Source: Mytilus trossulus
Lineage: Eukaryota
Direction of reading: 5' to 3'
DNA length: 64,000 bases
NCBI RefSeq assembly: GCF_036588685.1
Contig: NC_086383.1
Location: 9,982,001 to 10,046,000, forward strand
Shown piece after piece: positions 1-12,362 of this stretch. The position numbers and the translations under genes are program-made. The stretch's first letter is position 1, and every line of letters begins with the position of its first letter. A model generated the notes under the pieces. It made no database searches. It was given only the letters and a program-made list of their open reading frames with translations, and was not told the origin of the DNA.

Positions 1-478
1 TATGCTGTCTTTTTACCTTTGTTTCCCTATAGTATCTTCCGCCTTTTGTAGGACTTAAAAAGTATATTTACCAGGTTTGAAATGCAACAAATAATAACCG
101 ATTCTGTTGCACAAGTGGTTTAAAAGGGATACATATTTCAATTTACAATTAAGGGCTTGCGAAAGGATAAACATCTTCTGTTTGTAATATGTATAGTTTG
201 TACGAAGTATAATCTTTAGTCCACATTTAATCCTTACCAAAGTTAAAAACTTTTGATATAAATGGTCCTCCTCTAACAAAAATATGGTGAAAACCAATAT
301 ATCACTAAAGTTAAACCTATTATGTTAAGGTGGTCAGCAGCCAATGTCATTCTGCTAAGAACAATCTATAGTTATTTAAGGAAAACAACTTCAAAGTTCA
401 AGATATTCCATTTATTTTAAATTATAAATTTTTGCCAAAAAAAATCCTTTTTCATGAAACAAAGGTATGTTTTTGTAG

Positions 479-712
479 TCGATCTTATCACAACAGAACC
501 TTCAACAAAGAATATGACATCATGTCAACAGCTACGATTGTCATCAATACATTTCTCTTTTTATGTTCCCGAATGTACAAACACTGGTGAATATGAAAAA
601 CGACAGTGTGAAGGAAGAATAGGATATAGAAAATGTTGGTGTGTTGATTCAAATGGAAGACAAATACTAGGATCACAAATGATGGGACCTGAAGTGCCAG
701 ATTGTGATGGAG
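479..712 (+). CDS. Receptor gene A: thyroglobulin type-1 domain exon (module 1); the 5' part of the gene lies outside the window
   Basis: tgtag| acceptor and G|gtagga donor, phase 1-1, 234 nt. Encodes C..YVPECTNTGEYEKRQC..CWCVDSNGRQI..PDC (Tg1 QC/CWCV motif). An alternative in-phase acceptor lies at 495-496. Confidence 0.88.
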
Positions 713-964
713 GTAGGAGATCTCCTATTTTGTTTTTTATATTTGAGTGTTTCACCATGTTCATTCCTAATATGTTTGGGACATATATCATGATAATATG
801 AATACATACATTTCTAACTTAGCATGCAAACCAAATGCAAACAACTCTGGTGTGTATTTGCACACATCTATGTTATGGCAGACAAATGAATTAGTAAAAG
901 CAGTTTCATCGCAGAAAAAAAAGTTAAAATGTATCCTCATATGTAATTACTTAAAGTACCCATA

Positions 965-1415
965 TATCATTAAAGTGAAATGTACACAGCCATGTATCAC
1001 CATCATTGCTGGTGATCCGATGGATAAGTCTGTTGTAGAGTTGTCACTGACTCAGACGTAATTATAAAGATAATTATTTTCTGTGACTGTAACTTACATT
1101 AATTTGTAGGATCCTTTACTTTTGATAATTGAGCTGATCTGTAACAACAACATTTTCATGCCTTATATATAATGTACTGTAGTACGTCGCTAAATTAAAA
1201 CTGACGAGGATAGGTAACACACGGCCACCGTAAGCTTTATTCTTGTGCATCCCAGGTGGTCGTGTGGTCTAGCGGGACTGCTGCAGTACAGGCGATTTGG
1301 TGTCACAATATCTCAGTAGCATGGGTTCGTATCCCGTTGAGGGAAGAACCAAAAATTTGCGAAAGCAACTTTTTCAGATTTAACATTGTTGGTTTGATGT
1401 TGATACGAGTCATTA
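965..1415 (+). mobile_element. Repeat containing a tRNA-derived segment (1251-1345)
   Basis: A-box-like tggtcgtgtggt and B-box-like ggttcgtatcc, but no complete cloverleaf. Confidence 0.5.
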
Positions 1416-2085
1416 AAGTGAAAGACATACTTCCATTATATAATTTGTTGAAACAGTAAGAGATAAACGTGAAATTTGGCAAAAATAATCGCAGTTTTTT
1501 TCAATTCATATGTACTGCAACAATAATAACTTAAAATGCCTATGTATACTTTATATGAAAGAACTACATTATCGCCATAGTGTGGTATACATGCTGTCTT
1601 TTTTGTTCTTTGAAGCCTCTAGTCCTGTTTTCATTTGGTAAACTTCGATAGATTACGTAGTCTAACTTTTATGAAGAATACCGGATCCTGTCAAGATTTG
1701 CGAATGATTTATTTGCATTGTGTTGAAAGATATCTCACATTTTATAACAATAAAATTGTAAATTGAAATGCGGAATGTGTCAAAGAGACTACACCTTGAC
1801 AATAGAGAAGACACCAGTAGAAGGTCGCAAAAGATCTGCAATGCAGCGAGAAACATCCACATCCAGAAGTGTGCTTCAGCAGGTCCCAAAACAAAAATGT
1901 ATACTAGTTCAGTAATAATGAACGTCATACTAAACTTGAATTATACACGAGAAACTGAAATTAAAAATCATTTTTGAAAAATTATCAACAAATAAATGTT
2001 CGTTGATTCATAAGCCATAACTAAGCCATTATTAATGTGTATAGATGACTTATTTAATAATGTAAAGAGTTTTGTATCATTTCAG

Positions 2086-2397
2086 GTTTTCTATCATGGA
2101 GTCTTAAATCAAATCCAAACATATTCGGTAAAAGTTTTGATTTGACTTGTTCTCTGTCTGCCACTATGAGTAATGATAACAGCTCATCAAAATTAGATGG
2201 TAGCATTGTCATTAATGTCTTAGACGGTGAACCTGTAAACGATATAAATCAATTAAGAGAGCGGCATACATTTCAGCGAACGTATAAATTAACCACTTCT
2301 GTGTACGATAACGATGGAGTCAACGTCCAGTACGAGTGTGGCCATGGTAACACAAGATATGGGCATTTATTGAATATGACAATTGAATCATTTAAAT
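2086..2397 (+). CDS. Receptor gene A: Ig-like domain exon (module 1)
   Basis: tttcag| acceptor and T|gtaagt donor, phase 1-1, 312 nt. Encodes SWSLKSNPNIFGKSFDLTC...DGVNVQYECGHG with two Cys. Paralogous exons at 9332 and 44664. Confidence 0.8.
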
Positions 2398-2654
2398 GTA
2401 AGTAATCAAAATAAATAGCATTGTAAACACATAAAGTAATAACTCAGTTTGTTGAAAATGTAAATTTCTAAATAATACGAAATTGTAAAATAGCACAGAT
2501 ATTACAGAATAAGCTTTAGTTTTTAAAAGCTTAATCATTGGTTAAACTTAATTGAATTTTCAATGACAAAACACAATTAAACGTTGACAAAATGACAGCA
2601 CACATTTACACATATTTGCGGGATGATCTTAAGCTTAGTTTTCATTTTATTAAA

Positions 2655-3775
2655 GACGAGGGACGAAAGATACCAGAGGGACAGTCAAACTCATAAATCG
2701 AAGATAAACTGACAACGCCTGGTTACTAATGATAGAAGACAAACAGACAAACAAGACAACATATAACACAACATAGAAAACTAAAGAATAAGCAACACGA
2801 ACCCCACCAAAAAATAGGTTCTCAGTTGTTCCAGAAGGGTAAGCAGATCCTACTCTACATGTGGCATCCGTCGTGTTTCTTATGTTATTCTTATTAACTA
2901 ATCCGGTAAATAGTTTTAATGTGCGTATTGTTATTCTTTTACTTTTCTACATTGGCTAGAGGTATAGGGGAGGGTTGAGATCTCATAAACATGTTTAACT
3001 CCGCCGCAATTTTGCGCCTGTCCCAAGTCAGGAGCCTCTGGCCTTTGTTAGTCTTGTATGCTTTTAAATTTTAGTTTGTTGTGTATAATTCGGAGTTTAG
3101 TATGACGTCCATTATCTCTGTACTATTATGCATGTTTTTAGGGGCCAGCTGAAGGACACCTACGGGTGCGGGAATTCTCGCTACATTGAAGACCCATTGG
3201 TTGCCTTCGGCTGTTGTCTGCTCTATGGTCGGGTGGTTTGACATATTCACCATTTCCTTTCTATATTTTAATGTGGAAGGTCACATTCATGAAAGAAAGA
3301 AATTTTAGTTACGACGTAAGGAACATATCCGATACCATTTGTAAACGGTTATTTCATAACGGTCAAACAACTCCTGATGGCGTCCGTAAAAACCCTCTAT
3401 CAAGAAAGTCATGATAGGGAATGCAAGCACGGGAATATCGTATCAATTGTGAGATATTTTTCCCATATGCAGGTGCTGCTGAAATGTTCCTACTTCGAAA
3501 TTTAAAGTTCACAATTGGAAAGTTGAAATCATCTCTTTTGTCGTAAAGTTATGTTTTCAATCGACTTCATTGTCAATTTAAAGATGTACGTCAAGATACG
3601 AAGCCGACTTAACTGAATAGTTTGTCTCCTTTATCTTTAGTTGGATGGGATAGTAGAGTTAAAGGATATTGCTAACTTCTTATCTTTCTTCCTAAGAAGT
3701 TCTTGTATGAAGTCAACCTCATAATAAAGAGAAACTATTCACTGGTGTTGTTTATCTTTCCTAATAAGGTGTCAT
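2655..3775 (-). mobile_element. Penelope-like RT fragment, interrupted by another dispersed repeat (about 2917-3270)
   Basis: Same family as 29924-30785 (ISQLIRYSRACI and KLRQKRDDFNFPIVNF-like remnants). Confidence 0.75.
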
Positions 3776-4302
3776 ACATGTAATATTGTTTTTGTGAATT
3801 GTCTATTGTTCCTTTTACAATTTCGTCTTTTTTTTTTAATAGCGATATCTATTTGACGTGCTCAATACTTGCACTCACCGTCAATGTGTTATTCTGCTAT
3901 GGTAATTTTTATGTTCTTGTATATCATTTTATTCTAATGACTAGATGTCTTTTTGTTTATCTACACATATTTGCTTATTTCGGCAGTAATTAAAATTTAA
4001 AACACCACATTAACGTCTTCCCTAATCCTACTTTTATCTTTTAAGTCCGTTTGTTTTGTTCACATATCGATATTAATTTAACGATTTTTTGTCGACTGTT
4101 ATGTTAGTCAGAAAATTACTGTACATATGACAGTTGGTATGCATTTTTTTAATTTGTTTGAGATTTTGATTTGGCCATTTGCTTGCTGATTCAGAATTTT
4201 TCCTTGGAGTTCAGTTTTTTTGTTATTTCAAATTTTAGCAAATTTATATAGTTATCTTTATGTTTGTATATTTAATTTTAATTTTCATTTTATCTCTTTC
4301 AG

Positions 4303-4412
4303 ATACTGACAATACCAGCAATTTCCACAAGTTAGTCAACAATGAAGAAGATCTGTTTTCGATAACATTTAGAGATTATACACATGTTCCAAATTGTACA
4401 GTGGTTTATGGG
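4303..4412 (+). CDS. Receptor gene A: second extracellular (probably Ig-like) domain, first half (module 1)
   Basis: ctttcag| acceptor and GGG|gtaacg donor, phase 1-0. Encodes TDNTSNFHKLVNNEEDLFSITFRDYTHVPNCTVVYG. Paralogs at 10355 and 45662. Confidence 0.78.
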
Positions 4413-4787
4413 GTAACGATTCGCTATTGTTTTTTTTTCTGCAAACAGATTGCAATGTCTTAAAACGTCCAATGAAAATCTTTTGTAATTACTCTTATTC
4501 TTTTGTAAAGGTGCCTATTTTTACTGTATGTTCATTCTTATTAATGACATTGCTTGTAGTAATACTTATCTATCAACCAATAATTTTAAATCAGAAAACA
4601 ATCCATGTTAAATTTTGTTTTCTTATTTGTTTATCATATTTTTAATGCACGGTTAAGGTTTCAGTCAAATCCTTCATTTTTGTAATTTTGTGAAAAATAT
4701 AAGTAGGAGACATTTAATGAGTATTATGAAAAACTAATATCATTTCGCTGTGTAATGCTGATATATGTTATATCTGAAATTTTGCAG

Positions 4788-4989
4788 CAATCAGACCGTT
4801 CAAAACAACTAAATTCAACATCCGATTCAACAAGTCAAACTTACAGAATATATCGTCCAGTAATAGTTATCAAATCAGAGTGCCCGAAAGCGCTGAAAGT
4901 CACGTGTGATATAGGAGAAAGAAGAATAGTAAACAATCTACGACTAGTTAATGTGGATTGTCACAAGTATGCATTAAAACACACTCAAG
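4788..4989 (+). CDS. Receptor gene A: second extracellular domain, second half (module 1)
   Basis: ttgcag| acceptor and G|gtaata donor, phase 0-1. Encodes QSDRSKQL...KSECPKALKVTCDIGERR...DCHKYALKHTQ. Paralogs at 12161 and 47123. Confidence 0.78.
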
Positions 4990-5331
4990 GTAATATTTGC
5001 TAAAATTATATACTAAAAGAACCCAAAAACACACCATGCAACAACATTTGAACCAACTACCAATGCGTATATCCAATCGATTTGCAAGCAACAGTTGAAT
5101 ATTGGTAAGTCAATTGTCAGACAAAATTTGATTGGCCGCTACATATGGTATGGTCTATTTATCATACACATGCAACAACAAGTACAATGAATAATGATAA
5201 ATCGGTTGAAATGTTAAACAAAAATGGATAACTTAAATTGGCTACTTTAGTTTAGTATGCACAATCTATGTAGCAAACATGCAACACCAGAAACAACGAA
5301 AAAAAGCTGAAAAAAATTGCAAAATGTAAAT

Positions 5332-5511
5332 TACTGTGAATTCATTATCATTCATTGGATAAAATATGGCATGGGAACAGGTGAACCATGAATTAAAATT
5401 TTCAACAAAGAACACATTTTATTAGGCTGTGTATGAAGAGATTACAAACCCTCCAAATCAAATATTCACAAAAGTTTTTCTCAGTGCACGAAACAAAATG
5501 AATTCACAGTA
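5332..5511. mobile_element. MITE
   Basis: 15-bp TIRs tactgtgaattcatt and aatgaattcacagta. Confidence 0.75.
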
Positions 5512-6089
5512 ACAAAAAAAAAGAACTCACTATTCACTTGGTTTGTAATAAGGAACACGACATTTGCAACATTTGTTTCATACATCTTTCAAATTTATTT
5601 CCTGAACTTTTATGCATAATATAGAAATATGAAGGTGAACTCATGTATAAAGAGTTTATAACAATCTTTATGCGCATGGAAATAAGTTATCATGTCCAGT
5701 TTGATAAGGTCAAAATACAATATGTCTGGATCTGAAGTTGTCAGACTATATTATACACCAACTCAACATGATATTGTCCTCAATTTGAGGAACAGTTCAA
5801 ATACTTTTCTATAGTTTCATATAATCATTTGCCAAGCTAGAGTCTTTTGATTTACATAGTCATTTATCCAACAAATTGTTAAAACTCACTAAAAATCTTT
5901 ACAGATAAACCTGTTATGTTTAAGGTGGGCAACAGTCCATTTATTCGAACAACCAATAGTCATCAAAAGGAAACATCTTCAAAGTGTAAAATATTACATT
6001 GATTTAAAATTCCAAATTTTTGCTACATAAAGTGACTTTTTCATGACACACGGGTATATTTTTCATATTCGATTTCACCACAACAAAAG

Positions 6090-6311
6090 AACCATCAACA
6101 ACGAAGATGACAGCCTGTCAAAAGCTACGATCAGCAACGAAAACTTTCTCTTCCGATTTCTATGTTCCAGAGTGTACGATAACTGGTGAATATGAAAAAC
6201 GACAGTGTGAAGGAAAAGTCGGGTCTAAACTGTGTTGGTGTGTTGATCCAAAGGGAAGAGAAATACAAAGTTCCCAAATGATGGAACCTGAAGTTCCAGA
6301 TTGTGATGCAG
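6090..6311 (+). CDS. Receptor gene A: thyroglobulin type-1 exon (module 2a)
   Basis: Encodes TACQKLR..YVPECTITGEYEKRQCEGKVGSKLCWCVDPKGREI..PDCDA with donor G|gtggga. The homologous AG at 6067-6068 reads AT, so the in-phase AAG at 6087-6089 is assumed. Confidence 0.8.
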
Positions 6312-6836
6312 GTGGGAGATCTGTCATTATTTTAGAATTAATATGTTTGTGACAGATTGTATGCATACATACTAGTGTGATTTGTATCGTTGTAAAGAAA
6401 CGGTTCGGGTGATATGCAGTGAACCTGCTTCAATTCAATGTTTGACTCATTGTGTCGGTTTTTTGTTTTTCAGAGAAAACTCATAACATTCAATTATGAT
6501 AGCCGAAAAACATTTATTAAAATTACATTCTTTTTACTGTCAAGGAAACATCCGATAAATACAATTGATATGCTGCATTTTTGATGAATAGTTTTCTTTT
6601 GAGATCGTCAATAACAAAAATAATCAGAAAAATATGCCTCCGTATCTGTAACCTTATTTTTTTTTATCACAACTACAAAAATAACCAATGACAAAAAAAA
6701 ACATCAACACTCTTGATTTCATGCTGAACATGTGCATGTGTTTATTATGGGGACTTTTTTATATTTATCGAACTAGTATAAAATATAAGATTGGAACTCA
6801 ATACAAATTTATTTTTACGCCGTTTTAACGTTACCT

Positions 6837-8082
6837 CAGTTGGAAAGCAGGTCACGGTTTGACCCCAAGTTTATCAGCAACAATAGAGTCACGTGACCGT
6901 GAAAATTCAGTAAAAAAACGGACGAGACAAACCTCATTTTAACTCAAAAAATACTATTGTCGTAATAAAAACTTATTGACCTAACTAATCTTGAGTATCC
7001 ATCGTTTATCTCGTCAAAGCTCACACATCAAATCAAAGTCCTTTATTCTTTATTTTATCTGCAAACTTGGAGTTTGGGTGAAAATTGTCAAGTCTTCTGA
7101 TCGAAAAATCTAAATATTAACGAGGAAACTAAAAATGATGGGCTGAATTTAAATCTAATGAAGCATCTCATTAAGACAAACACTCGATATCAATATCTCG
7201 GCAATAGAATGTTGGATACGCAAACGTCAAATTGATTTCAAAACGAAGCGGTGGTTTTTATGCCGATTTGTGCAAGTTGTTATCTCCCCTTAATATCACC
7301 AGTCAAAAACAAAACCCCAGCAAAATGCATAAAAAATTAAAAAGGAGTTTACTTTACAAAATTAGAAAGAAAATAAACGAAACTCCATTTATAACTATGT
7401 TATGATAATAAGAGAACCTTCCCTATTTTTCAGAGAAGGAATAAATGTAAAAAAATAAAAAACAAAATATTACTTTATTAAAATAAAAAATTTCAGAAAT
7501 GTGGATAATGACACCTAAAATTAAAAACCTAGCTATATTAAAAGAAATTAGATCCGGCGGATGAGATATACTACATGTAATTTTTATATATATGTGGGAT
7601 TATTCCTAGCAAATTTTTTTAACACTTCTGATTATATTTAATGCAATAAAACATAGTTTATACAATTTCAATAATCTTTCTGAAAATTGATATAATTATT
7701 AAATAAATAGTACTGATCATATATATTTTATATTCTATTTTCAAATTAGGAAAAATCGATTTTTTTGGCGAACAAAAAAGATGGCTATTTGTTTTTAGAA
7801 CGGACAGGATAAAGGAGTAGCAATAACAAGCTATTTTTTGTAATGTTTGTACGTCGTAAAGAAATTATATTGGTCACAAAACCTACAAATTTTAAAATTC
7901 AATTATAATAAAAGCATGACAAGTTGCAAAAAATACTTTAAACGTCAATCTTTTAGACGATTGATTTGGCGGACTTTTTGACGTTACGGACAACTGTGGC
8001 GCCGCCTGATTAATTCCCCCTGCTATTGTTGCTGATAGAGCTTGAGGACAACGGCCGTATCGAAGGACTTGCTTTCCAACTG
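6837..8082. mobile_element. Non-autonomous DNA transposon with CAGTTGGAAAGCA TIRs and a 5-bp TSD (TACCT)
   Basis: TIRs cagttggaaagca..tatcagcaacaatag occur at both ends, with TACCT at 6832-6836 and 8083-8087. The host repeat copy near 39230 has a single TACCT (empty site). Confidence 0.85.
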
Positions 8083-8332
8083 TACCTGATGAAAAGCGTT
8101 TCTTTTGTTTACACTGAATATGACGTCATAACTTTCAGAACGTCACAGCTAAATCCCTAACAACATAACAAAAGTCGGGAACGTTACGGTATATCCGTGT
8201 CTTTTATTAAGTTAACATGTTTCAATTAAACAAATAATACATACAGACGTCGTCCACATTCACAGGTTTTGCCTGACTCATATTATTTATAAGATGATTT
8301 AAAAATTTTGAATTGCATTTTTTTTTATCAAG

Positions 8333-8539
8333 GAACAAATTTAAAGCCTTGTATTTTTGAGCTATTAAAGATCAGCAGCAGTTTATTAGGAGCACCTAAA
8401 CCACACTGTACAGATGATGGTGAATACGAAGAAATTCAGTGTCACGTTCAAGCATGTTGGTGTGTTGACAAAAATGGAATTGAAAGAATGGGAACACGAG
8501 TATCCACGACAAACTGGCAGAAATCACTGGATTGTGAAA
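8333..8539 (+). CDS. Receptor gene A: divergent thyroglobulin type-1 exon (module 2b)
   Basis: Poly-T tract then caag| acceptor, phase 1. Encodes KPC..PKPHCTDDGEYEEIQCHVQACWCVDKNGIE..LDCE. Donor is at 8540 or 8543 (both phase 1). Confidence 0.82.
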
Positions 8540-9331
8540 GTAGTATTTGTATTATTAATGATGAGAAAGAAAATATTTCCAGCGGCTGTACTTCTAGCTT
8601 CAGTCCCCTTTCATAAAAACATTTCTCTGGCCTTACTTTGTGAAAGCATGAGCTAGAAGGGTTGTGTAGTTAGAGCATAGATACACTATGCAATGAAAAG
8701 GACTAGGGAGAATCAAATGATAAAAACTACTTAGAAATAAAAACATTCATAATACTTCCAATTGATTGGATATATAGGATTGACGACTGCGTTGGTTTTG
8801 AAGTGCAAAATAATTCAGGTCACATGGTTACCAGCTTACTTTTTGTTTTGGCAATTTTAAAACTGTAACAGATCGATTTCTTCATGTTTTAATATTAAAT
8901 GTACTCTATTACATATATAATAAATATATTTGTCAAAACCTTAGAAGAAAAAAAAACCAAATCAATAACATTGCAGAGAAAAAATCTACTTTATATCCAA
9001 TAAAATGCACATTTATCCTTATAAGAAAGAACTACGCTTTCATTATACATCAGTGAATGTGTTGAATTTGTTGTATTTTGCAACTAGTATTTCGTTTGTC
9101 ATTTGGCACACTTCAACAAATAATGCAAAATAATTTTGATGTAGCATACTGGAATCTGTCGAGGATTGCCGATCGATACATATTTATTGCGTTGACAGAT
9201 GTCACATTTATTAGCAATGATATAATAATCACAATATTGACAAATTGATGCTTTTTAATCAATAAATCACAATTCAGATTTAAGCGAATATGTTATATGT
9301 ACATGTATAAAAGCGTACTATTTCCTTACAG

Positions 9332-9643
9332 GTTTACCATCATGGAGTTTTTCTTCAAATCCAAAACTTTTCGGCAAAATTTTTAATCTGACTTGTTCAA
9401 TATCTTCCACGGGGAGACACGAGAACAGCCAATCAAACATAGATGGTAGCATTGTCATTAATGTCTTAGACGGTGAACCTGTAAACGATAAAAATCAATT
9501 AGGAGAGCGGCATACATTTCACCGCATGTATACATTAACAACTTCTGTTTACAATAACGATGGAAACAATGTCCAGTACGAGTGTGGCCATGGTAACACA
9601 AGATATGGGCATTTATTGAATATGACAATTGAATCATATGAGT
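9332..9643 (+). CDS. Receptor gene A: Ig-like domain exon (module 2)
   Basis: ttacag| acceptor and T|gtaagt donor, 312 nt open. Encodes SWSFSSNPKLFGKIFNLTC...NVQYECGHGNTRYGHLLNMTIESYE. Confidence 0.82.
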
Positions 9644-10354
9644 GTAAGTTAAAAATAGAACAATATTACAGTATCAGCTTGAATTTTAGCTTTTCTGAAG
9701 CTTCGTTAAATTTTAAAATTCATTAAATTTAAACAGAACTGAATAAATACATCAACAAAACTACGTGTGAAAGTATTCTTTCATTTGTTTTTGTCTTAAA
9801 TATAATTTCAGTGTTTCGTGTAATTTTGGCGATATCCCTTTGACGTGGTTTGATACTTGTATAATCCATCATCGTGTTTTTGTGTTATGTTAATTTTTGT
9901 AGTTTTTCGTTTTTTATCATGTCTCTGCAATTTGTTGTTAAGCTTTGCTGACATATTTGATTGTTTTTATAGTGATACAGATTATAGCCAATGTTGACTG
10001 CTTTAAACCCATTTCTGACGTTTCAATTAATTGTGTCTATTTGTTTTGTTTACATATCGTTGTAAAGATGATGAAATTTATTGTGACTGTCATGGAAGTT
10101 AATGTTTTTTTCTGGCCAGGGTTTATCTTTCTTTTTTCTACATAGAAAAATGACTGTACCAAGTCAGGAATATATCATTCGTTACTCGTTTGTTTTATTT
10201 GTTTGAGCTTTCAATTTTGCCATTTTCTTATGGACTGTTCGTTTTGATTTTCCTCAGAGGTAGTTACTTTTGTTATTTAACATTTTAGTAAATCAATATA
10301 GTTTTCGTTATGTTATCTCATTTATAGTTAAACCTTTATCTGCATCTCTTTCAG

Positions 10355-10455
10355 ATATCGACAATGTCCACCAGTTACTCAACCATGAAGACGATCTGTT
10401 TTCGATTACATTTAAAAACTTTACACAGATTCCACAGTGTTCAGTGGTTTATGGG
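10355..10455 (+). CDS. Receptor gene A: second domain, first half (module 2)
   Basis: ctttcag| acceptor and GGG|gtaaat donor, phase 1-0. Encodes IDNVHQLLNHEDDLFSITFKNFTQIPQCSVVYG (in-frame 9 nt shorter than the paralogs). Confidence 0.8.
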
Positions 10456-11741
10456 GTAAATATTAATAACTATTTTATGCCCTATTTATGGGCATTATGT
10501 TTTCTGGTCTGTGCGTTCGTCCGTCCGTTCGTTCGATCGTTCGTCCGTCTTTTTAAAAAAAAATGAGCCCAATAAGAAAACATAATCCACTCTAGTAAAA
10601 CTCTGAGTAACGATGTACCTAAAACTACAGGGAGATAACGCTTTAAATTCAGCTAAACGTTTTAATTACGTTGTGGTGTTAATGGAATATGATGCTTCTC
10701 AATGATCAACATTAGTGTTTACCAAACTACTATATAACCAGTTTAGTTTTTATGATAAAATGGTTAGTTCAAATTTTTTGAAATTTTTACTTTTGAAAAT
10801 GCTTGTACCAAATCAGGAATATGACAGTTGTTGTTCATTCGTTTGATGTGTTTTATCTTTTGACGTTGCCATTTGGTTATGGACTTTCCGTTCGAAGTTT
10901 CCTCGGAGTTAAGTATTTTTTTGTGATTTTACTTTTTGATTAATTGAAATTATATGCCTATTTGCAAGATTTTGTCAAATTTGGGTACTAAGCCGTCCCA
11001 CCATGTTATGTTTGATATTTAATCATTGAAAAAAGGCGGAAGACTCCAATTATACATTTAGTAACGTTAATGATGAATGAAAAAAAAACCCACATCAACC
11101 TAACGTCACAAACAACAAAAAACAAGATACGTTCTTGAACTCTATTCATGCGTAAGTAACGCTCTGAAAATTGTTTCAAGTGTATCAAACAAATAACTTG
11201 GAAGATTCCCAACCATCGATCACTATCCAATGCTTCTAGAAGCAAATGACAAAGACGCCAAAAAAAACATGTTTTATGAGAGAGCACATGCTTATACCAT
11301 TGCCGAAGGCAAAATAAATGTTTCAAATGAATTAACATGCACTTTTCTTGTTTGTTTGATATTGGGTTTAGTCGTCATACTTATCTATGAACCGATGAAT
11401 TGTTATCAGAAAAAAAAAACTTGCTATTTCTACAATATTCCTGACTTGGTACAGGACATTTTAAGAGGAATGCTTGGTTCAACCTGATGTTATGGATAGC
11501 AAATCTCCCGGGTATATGACCATGTAAGGAATGTTAATATGACAACATAACGTAACAAAAATTCAGTCCAAACAAATACACGTGTAAGATTTTGGTCAAT
11601 CCATTCTTTTCTTATATTTTGTAATAAAAAAGCCAAGAACTTGATACGTAGGAAACATTCAAAACTCATGATTCGAACAGAACCTTAACGCCAATATGTC
11701 TGTGTAATGGTAAATTAGCTGAGATATGAATACTAAAGTTT

Positions 11742-12105
11742 TCAAAGGTACCAGGATTATAATTCAATACGTCAGACGCGCGTTTTTTTCTACATAAGAC
11801 TCATCAGTGACGCTCAGATCAAAACAGTTAAAAAGCTAAACAAATACAAAGTTGAAGAGCATTGAGGACCCAAAATTCCAAAAAGTTGTGCCAAACACGG
11901 CTAAGGTAATCCTGGGCGTAAGACAATCCTTAGATTTTTGAAAAATTCAAAGTTTTGTAAACAGAAAAATTATAAAAATGACCATTTAATTGATATTCAT
12001 GTCAACACCAAAGTGCTGACTACTGGGCAAGTGATACCCTCGGGGACGAAACGCCCAACATCAGTGGCATCGACCCAGTGGTGTAAATAGTTATCAAAGG
12101 TACCA
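11742..12105 (-). mobile_element. Retrozyme-like monomer (352-nt period) with a degenerate hammerhead
   Basis: Bounded by direct repeats tcaaaggtacca (11742, 12094). A minus-strand hammerhead at 11769-11813 has a damaged stem II/GAAA. The element is absent at the homologous site in copy B (about 47090). Confidence 0.75.
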
Positions 12106-12160
12106 TTATCCTTTTATATCATGTTAAGTGATTTTTATACAGTATCCTTTACTTTTTCAG

Positions 12161-12362
12161 CAAGCAGACTATTCAAAAGAACTTCAATCAACATCTGATT
12201 CACGGAATCAAACTTACAGAATATATCTTCTCGGAACAGCCATCAAATTTAAGTGTTTGCAGACACTGATAGTTACGTGTAATATAGGAGAGAGAAGTAT
12301 AGTCAACACCCTGAAACCAGATAATGCGGATTGTCTGCATTCCATATTAAAACAAACGCAAG
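12161..12362 (+). CDS. Receptor gene A: second domain, second half (module 2)
   Basis: tttttcag| acceptor and G|gtaagc donor, phase 0-1, open. Encodes QADYSKEL...FKCLQTLIVTCNIGERS...DCLHSILKQTQ. Confidence 0.8.

Noticed and set aside
1251-1345. Functional tRNA gene
   Set aside because: A/B boxes are present but the stems do not form a clean cloverleaf. It is embedded in a repeat.
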